Of a stretch of DNA of 45,754 nt, positions 35,471 through 45,754 are shown one piece after another. The notes below the pieces were generated by a model, which ran no database searches, had not been told where the DNA came from, and worked only from the letters and a program-made list of their open reading frames with translations. Source of the DNA: an uncultured Anaerolineaceae bacterium (GTDB lineage Bacteria > Chloroflexota > Limnocylindria > Limnocylindrales > CSP1-4); assembly GCA_964477545.1 (NCBI GenBank), contig CAYZEJ010000003.1:1-45754 (forward strand). Reading direction: 5' to 3'. The position numbers and the translations under genes were made by a program. Position 1 is the stretch's first letter. Each line of letters starts with the position of its first letter.

Positions 35471-37642
35471 GTGGTTTCCCAGAGGCAACGAGGCGGGGCC
35501 AGTCGGTCACCGGCCGAGCGCATCGCGGTCCGGTCACTGGCGATCACGGCGCTCATCCTCTCCCTTGTTGTTCCGTGGGTAACTCTCCCGCCGCCTGCGG
35601 CCCTGGCGGGTGGCCAGCGCAGCGGCATCGATATCGGCCCCGCGGGCTCTGCGGGCTCCGTTGTGTTCGAACGCCGGCGCACATGGGGCGAGCTCCAGCT
35701 CGCGGACAGCGGCCAGGACGTCGACCTCAAGCTCAACGTCGAGACAGACAGGGTCTCAACCGGCCGCGGCCAGACGGTCGTTCTCATAGCGCGCCGCGTG
35801 GAGCGCGGGACGGAGTATCGAGTTCGGCTCCGGTTCCTGGCCGATGGCGGCGTCGTGGCTGCCGTCACTCGGTTCGTCGGCGGCGCAAAGACGCTCATCG
35901 CGCGCGGCGCCCGGATCGCCAATCTCGTCCGCCGGCCCGGGCAACCATTGGCCGTGCACCTGAGCGTCACCGGCCGCCGGCCGACGCGCATCAAGCTACG
36001 CGTGTGGCCTGCCGATCAGAAGGAGCCAACGGCGTGGTCGCGAGCCGTGACCGATTCGGTCGCGCGGCTCGCCGGCTCGGGCTGGACGGGGATCCGCTTT
36101 GGTGTCACAGCCGCCGAGACCAATCTGCCGGTCCGTTTCACCTACGACGGCGTTCGGCTCTCGGTCACGGAACCCGTGAGCGAACCGGCTCCTCCATCTC
36201 CGCCCGCGACGCCGAGCGCCACCGCGACGCCGACGCCGACCGTCGCCCCGACGCCGACGCCGACCGTCGTCCCGACGCCGACGCCGAGCCCCACCCCGAC
36301 ACCCACGTCGTCCTCGCCAACGATTCCCACGAACGCCTATGTGGTTGCCCCCGACGGGAACGACGCCTGGGCCGGGTCATCAGCGGCGCCATGGCGCACG
36401 CTTCAGAAGGCGGCCAACGCGGTGCCTCAAGGCGGCACCGTCCTGATCCGCGACGGCACGTATGCCGGCTTCACCCTCACCCGCTCCGGCAGGCCGGGCG
36501 CGCCAATCACCTTCGCCGCATATCCCGGCGAGGAGCCGCTCGTCGACGGCCGCAAAGCCGTCAAGTTCACCGTCCGCCTCAGCGGAGTGAGCCACGTTCG
36601 ACTCGTCGGCTTGACCATCGTCGGCGGCTTTGCCGAGGGGCATGACGGCGGCGGCGTGCTCGTCGTCGACAGCTCGCATGTGGAGGTGCGCGACAGTCTT
36701 GTGCGCGACAACAAGTCGTTCGGCATCCGCTCGTACAACTCGACCTATGTCGTGATCGACGGCAACGATGTGACCGGCAACGCCAATGGCATCCGCGTCG
36801 AACGTGCCGGCGAAGGGACGCGGGTGACCAACAACTTCATCTACGACAACGACCAGATGATGGTGAACACGTCGAGTGTCGCCAACGACGACGTGGGCGC
36901 CGAGGGGGTGTCGCTGGTGAGGTCGACTGGGAACGTGCTGGTCAGCGGGAACCACATCTGGGGCAATCGAGCGCGGAGCTACGACTACGGCTACGACGGC
37001 GGCGCGTTTTCGATATATGCCGCCAGCAACTGGACGATCAGCGACAACATCACATGGGACAACGAGAACGTCCTCGAGACGGGCACGGACTCCGCGAAGA
37101 CACCGTGCGATGGCAACACGTTCACTCGCAATCTCAACTACGGCGCGACGACGACCGGCCGCACGCACGGCATGGTCCTGCGGTGCGGCTCGAACATGCT
37201 CGTGGCCAACAACACGTTCTCCGGCATCCAGTATTTCGTGTTCGCGATCTCGCACAACAAGGGCGGATGGGGCGGCTCTGTCGACGGTCTTCGGGTCGTC
37301 AACAACATCGTGTCGATCTCGACGGGAGAGGTCTACAGGATCGAGAACACCATGCCGTCATCGATCACGATCGACTACAACCTCTCCCACGTCACCGGCA
37401 GCGCGGTGATCGCCACCGGGGTTCCCAACGTCGGCAGCACTACCAGCCTCGCGACGTTCCGAAACTGGATGGGTTACGACGTGCATGGCATCCAGGCCGA
37501 TCCGCGCTTCGCCGACACGACGGCGAACGACTACCGGGTGGGCGGCGATTCCCCGGCTGTCGACACGGCCATGCCGATCCCCGGTGTGAACGACGGGTAT
37601 GGCGGATCGGGGCCGGACATCGGCCACTTCGAGCGCGACTAG
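35471..37642 (+). CDS. Secreted lectin-like + Pro/Thr linker + DUF1565/right-handed beta-helix protein (polysaccharide lyase/hydrolase-like)
   Basis: GAGGAG RBS and GTG; 'YVVAPDGNDAWAGSSAAPWRTLQKAA..VPQGGTVLIRDGTY'; PbH1-type repeats; 'DYRVGGDSPAVD...GPDIGHFE'. Confidence 0.85.
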   Translation: MVSQRQRGGASRSPAERIAVRSLAITALILSLVVPWVTLPPPAALAGGQRSGIDIGPAGSAGSVVFERRRTWGELQLADSGQDVDLKLNVETDRVSTGRGQTVVLIARRVERGTEYRVRLRFLADGGVVAAVTRFVGGAKTLIARGARIANLVRRPGQPLAVHLSVTGRRPTRIKLRVWPADQKEPTAWSRAVTDSVARLAGSGWTGIRFGVTAAETNLPVRFTYDGVRLSVTEPVSEPAPPSPPATPSATATPTPTVAPTPTPTVVPTPTPSPTPTPTSSSPTIPTNAYVVAPDGNDAWAGSSAAPWRTLQKAANAVPQGGTVLIRDGTYAGFTLTRSGRPGAPITFAAYPGEEPLVDGRKAVKFTVRLSGVSHVRLVGLTIVGGFAEGHDGGGVLVVDSSHVEVRDSLVRDNKSFGIRSYNSTYVVIDGNDVTGNANGIRVERAGEGTRVTNNFIYDNDQMMVNTSSVANDDVGAEGVSLVRSTGNVLVSGNHIWGNRARSYDYGYDGGAFSIYAASNWTISDNITWDNENVLETGTDSAKTPCDGNTFTRNLNYGATTTGRTHGMVLRCGSNMLVANNTFSGIQYFVFAISHNKGGWGGSVDGLRVVNNIVSISTGEVYRIENTMPSSITIDYNLSHVTGSAVIATGVPNVGSTTSLATFRNWMGYDVHGIQADPRFADTTANDYRVGGDSPAVDTAMPIPGVNDGYGGSGPDIGHFERD
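36225..36305 (+). repeat. 24-bp tandem repeats encoding a (TP)n linker
   Basis: CGACGCCGACGCCGACCGTCG(C/T)CC about 2.6 copies; TPTPTVAPTPTPTVVPTPTPSPTPTPT. Confidence 0.8.
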
Positions 37643-38235
37643 GCGTCGAACCCGGACAGGATCCTCTCGACTGCGGCGTCGATGTCGGCCGAGCTATGGC
37701 AGTGGAACACCTTCCGCTGGTATCGCGACAGGGCTGCCGCGGTAGCCGCGCGCGTGACGGCCGGCGTACCGGCGGCCTTCCCGCCAGCCGGCGGCCGTTG
37801 ATACTCGCGCGACTCCGGAATGGCGCCGGCGAGCTCGCGCAGCCGGCGACCGTAGTCGCGCAGCCGTAGGAACCGCCGCCAGCCACGCTGCCGGCGCGCC
37901 TCGCCGAGCGCCTGACTGACGAAGCGCTTCACGATCCGGCCGCTCGAGCGGTGCCAGGGGACGTGATCCAGCCAGATGATGGCGTCCGCCGCCGCCAGCA
38001 GTTCATCCGTCCACCCGAGATGCACTCCTTCGGCCACCCAGCGACCAGAAGCGATGATCTCGGACACCAATGCCGACCTCTCGTCCGCGGAGCGCTCGGG
38101 CCCCGTGCCGCCGCCGACGCGAGCGACCTCGTCGAGGTTGTGTACCGGCAGTACGAGCCGGCGGCCGATCTCCGCAGCAAGCGTTGTCTTGCCGCTGCCC
38201 GGGCCGCCGATCACGTAGACGCGCTCAGCCGCCAT
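37639..38235 (-). CDS. Adenylate kinase-like P-loop protein (FlaR/topology-modulation-like)
   Basis: 'RVYVIGGPGSGKTTLA', 'HNLDEV', 'WVAEG', 'ADAIIWLD'. Confidence 0.8.
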   Translation of the reverse strand: MAAERVYVIGGPGSGKTTLAAEIGRRLVLPVHNLDEVARVGGGTGPERSADERSALVSEIIASGRWVAEGVHLGWTDELLAAADAIIWLDHVPWHRSSGRIVKRFVSQALGEARRQRGWRRFLRLRDYGRRLRELAGAIPESREYQRPPAGGKAAGTPAVTRAATAAALSRYQRKVFHCHSSADIDAAVERILSGFDA

Positions 38236-39031
38236 CTGTCGAGGAGGCCGGTTCGCCAACGGTCCGTGGCTGGAGGACGACGAAGCGAAGCTGGCTGTTG
38301 CTCGTTCCGGCGTACAGCCGGGCGACGATGGGCTGGGCACGGATGTTGCCTGCGAAGGTGACGAGTCGCTCCCACGTCTGCTCCGGGCGTAGGCTGATCT
38401 TGAATTCCTGGAGGACCGAGCCGGCAGCCGAAAGCTCGATCCTGAAGCTTCCGCCCTCCTCGCCGGCACGCATGCCCAGCCGGGCGTCGTTCGCCTGGTC
38501 ATCGACCGGCACCATCCACAGCTGGGTAGGTGAAGCGGTCTGCTGGTCGCGCGCGATGAGGTGATTGCCGAGCAGGACGTCGGCGATGAGGAACCCCGCG
38601 ATGAGGACCATCACGGCGCCGATTCGCGGCATGGTGGCGAAAGCCACGCCGGGCCCTACCACACCATGCTGTAGCCGGCGCTGCCAGGCAACGACGGTCC
38701 CGGTGATTGTCGCCACTGCCAGAGCTGCGGCCCACGTCGTGGGCGTCAGTCCCGGGCCGATCGCTGTCAGCAAAAGGCTGATCAGGATGGTTAGCCCGAT
38801 GCTCGAACCGATCGACATCAGCAGCCGCTCCACCGCGGGGATGACCGGCGAGGGAAACAGCGCGTGGACGACGGCATACCCGGGCAGGAAAAGCACCAGG
38901 GGGACGGCGAGGACCGCCCGCACCAATGGCGACGCCTCGGTGACCACTGCCGCGAGGGCCCCGAGCGCCGCAACCAGGCAGATCCACAGATCGACGTGGT
39001 CGATCAGCTGGCGGACCGTGGCCAAACTCAT
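38225..39031 (-). CDS. DUF1616-like membrane protein
   Basis: 'RAVLAVPLVLFLPGYAVVHALFP...ERLLMSIGSSI'; about 5 TM segments plus a C-terminal beta domain. Confidence 0.75.
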   Translation of the reverse strand: MSLATVRQLIDHVDLWICLVAALGALAAVVTEASPLVRAVLAVPLVLFLPGYAVVHALFPSPVIPAVERLLMSIGSSIGLTILISLLLTAIGPGLTPTTWAAALAVATITGTVVAWQRRLQHGVVGPGVAFATMPRIGAVMVLIAGFLIADVLLGNHLIARDQQTASPTQLWMVPVDDQANDARLGMRAGEEGGSFRIELSAAGSVLQEFKISLRPEQTWERLVTFAGNIRAQPIVARLYAGTSNSQLRFVVLQPRTVGEPASSTDGG

Positions 39032-40245
39032 GCCAGGACCTCGCCGTAGAGAGACTCGAGGCGCTCGATGACGCGGCTGGCCATGAACTCCGGCGCGCGC
39101 CTGCGGGCGGCCTCACCCATCCGCTCGCGATCGGCGTCAGCGTTCAGGATCTGGACCATCGCCGCGTGCAGCGCGGACACATCGCCTGGCTCTACCAGGA
39201 CGCCAGTCTGGCCGTCGACCACCAGCTCAGGCAGGCCGCCGATGCGCGAAGCGATGACCGGTACCCCGCAAGCCATCGCCTCGATCGCCACCGTCGGGCA
39301 CGCTTCCGGCAACAGCGAAGGGATGAAGCCGACGGAACTGCGCCGCCAGGCGCTCATCACCGCGTCATGCGGTAGGTCGCGCAGGACGATGACGTTGGGT
39401 GGGAGGTGCTGCGGCGTGTCGGCCGTCACTAGCCCGATGACCACCAGCGGCGGCGCACCTGCAACCTGACGATATGCATCGAGCAGGACATGCATCCCCT
39501 TGTGTCGTGACAGCGTTCCGACGTACAGCCAGAACGGTCCGTCGGGCAGATCGTGGAGGGCAGGGTGGTCGTCGTCCGCCTGGTCGGCGATGTTGTCCGG
39601 CGCGAAGTTTGGCACGACCTGGAAGGGGAATTCCTGCCGCTCGAGCTCGTTGCCCCGAGCGACGGCCTGGCTGACGGGCACGAACATGTCCACGGCCGCG
39701 CGGAGCGGCCGAGCCATTGCCCAATTCCCGACCGTGATGACGACGCCTCGGCCTGTTCCGTAATGCGCTGCCGCGCAGCGCAGGCATTTGCTCACGCCAG
39801 GTCCAGTGCATTGCCCGTCGTCACGGAACAACAGCGTGCGTTTTGCGCAGACAACGCCGTAGTCGTGGAGTGTGACCACCAACCGCGCGCGACTGCCCCG
39901 CTTGAGCGGGACGAATGAGTGAACCATCCAATTGTGCGCATGGACGATCGTCGGTTGCTCCTGCCGGACGACGCGCCGCAACGCACGTACCAGTAGCGGA
40001 TCGGGAAAGGGTGGCGCGTATGGCCGGCCACTGGGCATCAGCGCGGGCACTCGCTGAAGCGTGCTGTGCAGGCGGTGGACGCGGACCCCGCCATCGTCCT
40101 CGAGCGCGGGGCTGTCGGGAGTTCCGATCGTCGCCACCGCGACCTCATGGCCACGTTGGACCAGGCCACGCCCGAGGTTGCGCACGTGCTCCTCGATGCC
40201 ACCGATGAATGGCGGGTACTGATCGGTCAGCATCAGCACGCGCAT
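39028..40245 (-). CDS. Glycosyltransferase family 4
   Basis: 'MRVLMLTDQYPPFIGGIE', 'VTLHDY', 'HKGMHVL', 'EAMACGVPVIASRIGGLPE'. Confidence 0.92.
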   Translation of the reverse strand: MRVLMLTDQYPPFIGGIEEHVRNLGRGLVQRGHEVAVATIGTPDSPALEDDGGVRVHRLHSTLQRVPALMPSGRPYAPPFPDPLLVRALRRVVRQEQPTIVHAHNWMVHSFVPLKRGSRARLVVTLHDYGVVCAKRTLLFRDDGQCTGPGVSKCLRCAAAHYGTGRGVVITVGNWAMARPLRAAVDMFVPVSQAVARGNELERQEFPFQVVPNFAPDNIADQADDDHPALHDLPDGPFWLYVGTLSRHKGMHVLLDAYRQVAGAPPLVVIGLVTADTPQHLPPNVIVLRDLPHDAVMSAWRRSSVGFIPSLLPEACPTVAIEAMACGVPVIASRIGGLPELVVDGQTGVLVEPGDVSALHAAMVQILNADADRERMGEAARRRAPEFMASRVIERLESLYGEVLA

Positions 40246-41366
40246 CAGGCGGCGAGGACCTCGGAGTACAGCCCGGCGAGAGCGGTGGCGCACTGATCCC
40301 AGGTTTGCATCTCAACCCGGGGTGGTGGCGGCGCGGCGATGTAGTCGCGGATCTCGCGCGCCAGGTCCTCAGGGCTCGAGTCCAGGGCAACCGCGCGAGC
40401 GACCCCCTGGTCCGCGAACTCGCGCAGAGCGGTCGTGTCGGCCACGATCAGGCGGCGGCCGAGAGCGAGCGCCTCGAGCGCGGCGATGCCGTGCGATTCG
40501 TATTCGCTCATCAGCACGACGGCCGCAGCGCTGCCGACGAGGTTGGCCATTCCCGTTCGGTCGGCGGGGTCGACGCCACTGATCTCGATCCTGTCGCCGA
40601 CGCCGGATTCGCGGGCCATGCGCCGCAGTTTGTCCTCATACGTGCCACTGCCGCAGATCCGCAGCCGCACGTCGGGCAGCATCTTCACCAGGTGAGGCAT
40701 TGCCGCCAGCACCCGCTGGTGGCCCTTGTACTTCTCAAGGCGGCCGACCGAGACGATCAGGTGCCCACCATGGGAATCACCGCGAAGCGGATCGTCGGCT
40801 GACGTGCCGTCCAGCTCGTTCAGCCGCACGCCGTTCGGGATCGTCGCGAAACGAGCCGGCGAGAACCTGAGCTCCCGCGCGAAGTGGTTCGCCTCCCAGC
40901 GCGAGACCGCGATCAGCCGCGCAGCGCGTGCAAGCAGCGGACGAAGCAGCAGATGCTGGATCCCGCGCGTGCCGAGGCGGATGCGGGAGTCATGGCCGCC
41001 GCTGTGGAAGGTCACGAAATAGGGGATGCGCTCGCGCCTCGCTGCGATCATCGCCAAGGGCGCGACGAGGGTGTGATAGCCCTGGCAGTGGACGATGTCC
41101 CAGCGCTCCTCGCGGATCATTCGGGGCACGCGCGGCGCCCAGTAGTAGTCGCGTGTCTTGGGCCAGGCCGGCACGCGCCTGACGGGGACGCCACGCATCT
41201 CATCGGTCGGGCTCAGGTCGCCACTGCGGTCGGTCGTGAGAATCGTCACGTCGAACCCGTCGGCAGCCAGTCGCGGGGCCACTTCGTAGATGTGCGTCTC
41301 CACCCCGCCCATCACCGGATACGCGTTGGCGGAAACCATCACCACGCGCGGCTTCCCCTCGGTCAT
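40245..41366 (-). CDS. Glycosyltransferase family 4
   Basis: 'YPVMGGVETH', 'VGRLEKYKG', 'YESHGIAALEALALG'; TACGCT 6 nt before ATG. Confidence 0.92.
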   Translation of the reverse strand: MTEGKPRVVMVSANAYPVMGGVETHIYEVAPRLAADGFDVTILTTDRSGDLSPTDEMRGVPVRRVPAWPKTRDYYWAPRVPRMIREERWDIVHCQGYHTLVAPLAMIAARRERIPYFVTFHSGGHDSRIRLGTRGIQHLLLRPLLARAARLIAVSRWEANHFARELRFSPARFATIPNGVRLNELDGTSADDPLRGDSHGGHLIVSVGRLEKYKGHQRVLAAMPHLVKMLPDVRLRICGSGTYEDKLRRMARESGVGDRIEISGVDPADRTGMANLVGSAAAVVLMSEYESHGIAALEALALGRRLIVADTTALREFADQGVARAVALDSSPEDLAREIRDYIAAPPPPRVEMQTWDQCATALAGLYSEVLAA

Positions 41367-41411
41367 GCTGTCAGCGTACTTTCGCGAGCGATCGGAGGAG
41401 CGGGCGACTCG

Positions 41412-42120
41412 ATGCAGGCGATCATCCTTGCCGGCGGTTTAGGCAGTCGGCTGCGCCCGGTTGTGAATGATGCGCCGAAGTCGATGGCCCGGGTCGCTGG
41501 CCGGCCGTTCCTCGAATACCTGCTGGCCCAGTTACGGTCCAACGGTTGGACCCGAGCACTGGTCTGCGCCGGCTTCCTGGCTGAGGCAATCGAGAGCCAT
41601 TTCGGGGATGGGCGTCGATGGGACATGGAGCTCGAGTACTCGACCGAGTCAGAGCCGCGCGGCACCGCGGGCGCACTCAAGCTCGCCGAACCGATGCTGG
41701 TCGGCGACAGGTGGCTGCTCATGAACGGCGACTCGCTTTTCGACATATCTCTCCAGGAGCTGGTGGATGCCCACATTCAGAAGCCGTCGCTCATCACGAT
41801 CGCTCTTGCCCGTGTCGCGGATGGACAGAGGTACGGTCGAGTGACGTGCGCCCCAGATGGCATGATCACCGCTTTCGCCGAGAAGACCGATGCTGCGACC
41901 CCTGCACTGATCAATAGTGGTCTTTACATCATCGAACGACCGCTGCTCGACCTGATACCCGCCGATCGTCCTGTATCGCTCGAGCGCGAGGTGATCCCGG
42001 CCCTCGTCGGCGAGGGTGTTCGCGGTGTTCCGTTCGACGGCTACTTCATCGACATCGGCGTACCGAAGGATTACGCCCGGGCACAGGACGAACCAGCGCT
42101 GTTCGAGCGGCTGGCGGGCC

Positions 42121-42137
<17 letters not shown>
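41412..42137 (+). CDS. hddC: D-glycero-alpha-D-manno-heptose 1-phosphate guanylyltransferase (nucleotidyltransferase)
   Basis: 'MQAIILAGGLGSRLRPVV..APKSMA...GRPFLEY', 'GTAGAL', 'MNGDS', 'GYFIDIGVPKDY'; heptose gene context; GGAGGAG RBS. Confidence 0.82.
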
Positions 42138-44781
<2,644 letters not shown>

Positions 44782-44927
44782 TGCCCGAGTCTAGCGGCCG
44801 GCGCCGGTCTGTCAGGCCCACGCGGGTCGCGACCAGCGGGCCGGTTGCGTCCCAGTGGCAATGGGGACTATGGTGATCCTTAACCGTCGCATCTACGTGG
44901 CGGGGGGCGTAGAGGAGGAGTTCCCGA

Positions 44928-45191
44928 ATGAAGAGATTGAAGCGAATAGTGCTGCCATTCGTTGCAGCAGCGGCACTGACGTTGGCCGCCACCGCGACCA
45001 CTTTGGCCGGCCAGCCGGCAAACCCGGGCTGTTTCGGCCAGGATCGGGCCGCTGGCGTCGAGACAATCCGAAACCTCGGCAACGCGCCGGGCGCATCGGA
45101 ATGGGGCCACATTGCCGCAGACCGCGGCAGCACCAACGGTGCCCAGAACCAGGCCTACAAGACGAGCTGTGGCGGAGACCCCGCCCCCTAA
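44928..45191 (+). CDS. Small secreted protein with two Cys (87 aa)
   Basis: GAGGAG RBS; Sec signal 'MKRLKRIVLPFVAAAALTLAATATTLA'; followed by a terminator. Confidence 0.75.
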   Translation: MKRLKRIVLPFVAAAALTLAATATTLAGQPANPGCFGQDRAAGVETIRNLGNAPGASEWGHIAADRGSTNGAQNQAYKTSCGGDPAP

Positions 45192-45214
45192 GTTTGCAAT
45201 TCGTCACTGAAGCG

Positions 45215-45247
45215 AGAGGCCGGACGGAAACGCCCGGCCTCTTCATT
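45215..45247 (+). terminator. Intrinsic terminator hairpin
   Basis: AGAGGCCGGACG-GAAA-CGCCCGGCCTCT followed by TCATT. Confidence 0.65.
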
Positions 45248-45258
45248 AGACTGCCGAA

Positions 45259-45754
45259 ATGGATCGTCGACGCCCGCTGAAGGTCGGAGTCCAGCTGCCC
45301 GAGGTCGAGCGCGAGGTTAGCTGGGCCGAGGTGCGCGAGATGGCCAGGACCGCCGAACAGGTTGGCTTTGACTCGCTGTGGGTCGGCGACCATCTGCTCT
45401 ATCGCAGGCCGCTCGACGTGGTCGGGCCGTGGGAGGCCTGGTCGAGCCTCGCCGCGCTTGCCGAGGCCACGACCAGGGTCGAGATCGGCCCGCTCGTGGC
45501 GTGCACGAGCTTTCACAACCCGGCGATGCTGGCCAAGAAGGCGGCGACGGTCGACGAGATCAGCGGCGGACGGCTGATCCTGGGCCTCGGCGCCGGCTGG
45601 AACGAGCCCGAGTACACCGCCTACGGCTTCCCATTCGATCGTCGCGCCAGCCGCTTCGAGGAGGCCTTCACGATCATCCGCTCGCTGCTGCGCGAGGGTC
45701 ACGTCGACTTCGACGGCCAGTTCTACCAGGCCCGCGACCTGGAGCTCACGCCGC
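45259..45754 (+). CDS. LLM-class flavin-dependent oxidoreductase (3' truncated; absent from the ORF track)
   Basis: 'LKVGVQLPE...AEQVGFDSLWVGDHL', 'LAALAEATTRVEIGPLV', 'NPAMLAKKAATVDEISGGRLILGLGAGW'; TAGACT 6 nt before ATG. Confidence 0.92.
   Translation, partial: MDRRRPLKVGVQLPEVEREVSWAEVREMARTAEQVGFDSLWVGDHLLYRRPLDVVGPWEAWSSLAALAEATTRVEIGPLVACTSFHNPAMLAKKAATVDEISGGRLILGLGAGWNEPEYTAYGFPFDRRASRFEEAFTIIRSLLREGHVDFDGQFYQARDLELTP

Noticed and set aside
36225-36305. CRISPR-like or contingency repeat
   Set aside because: No spacers; in-frame coding Pro/Thr linker

Overview
High-GC (about 68%) bacterial window. The gene content (CSLREA proteins, class III PPK2, LLM oxidoreductase, many leaderless genes) is most consistent with a Chloroflexota genome; this is inference. 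Housekeeping-type genes lie at the edges: a DUF853 ATPase, a CDF-like transporter, ppk2, an aldehyde dehydrogenase and an LLM oxidoreductase. Most of the window is an approximately 40 kb extracellular-matrix/surface locus. It contains (i) an orphan TadE plus TadG/vWA pair; (ii) a TasA/CalY-like fibre subunit, SipW, a second SipW substrate and a 1753-aa multidomain subtilase that shares a C-terminal domain with that second substrate; (iii) a GGDEF-EAL protein and a Kef-type antiporter; and (iv) a glycan cluster with a full GDP-D-glycero-alpha-D-manno-heptose pathway (gmhA, hddA, gmhB, hddC), gmd, an epimerase, four glycosyltransferases, a flippase, a polytopic polymerase/GT-C-like protein and a DUF1616 protein. 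Embedded in the glycan cluster are two tandemly duplicated secreted proteins (cohesin-like + dockerin-like + CSLREA + beta-helix + PKD + lectin-like) and a beta-helix protein preceded by a c-di-GMP-I riboswitch that appears to carry U at the ligand-pairing C92 position. A recurring 7-2-7 TAGTACT-NN-AGTACTA-like operator lies upstream of several of these units. No tRNA, rRNA, CRISPR array or transposase was seen. All family calls are from motif recognition by eye, without database searches.
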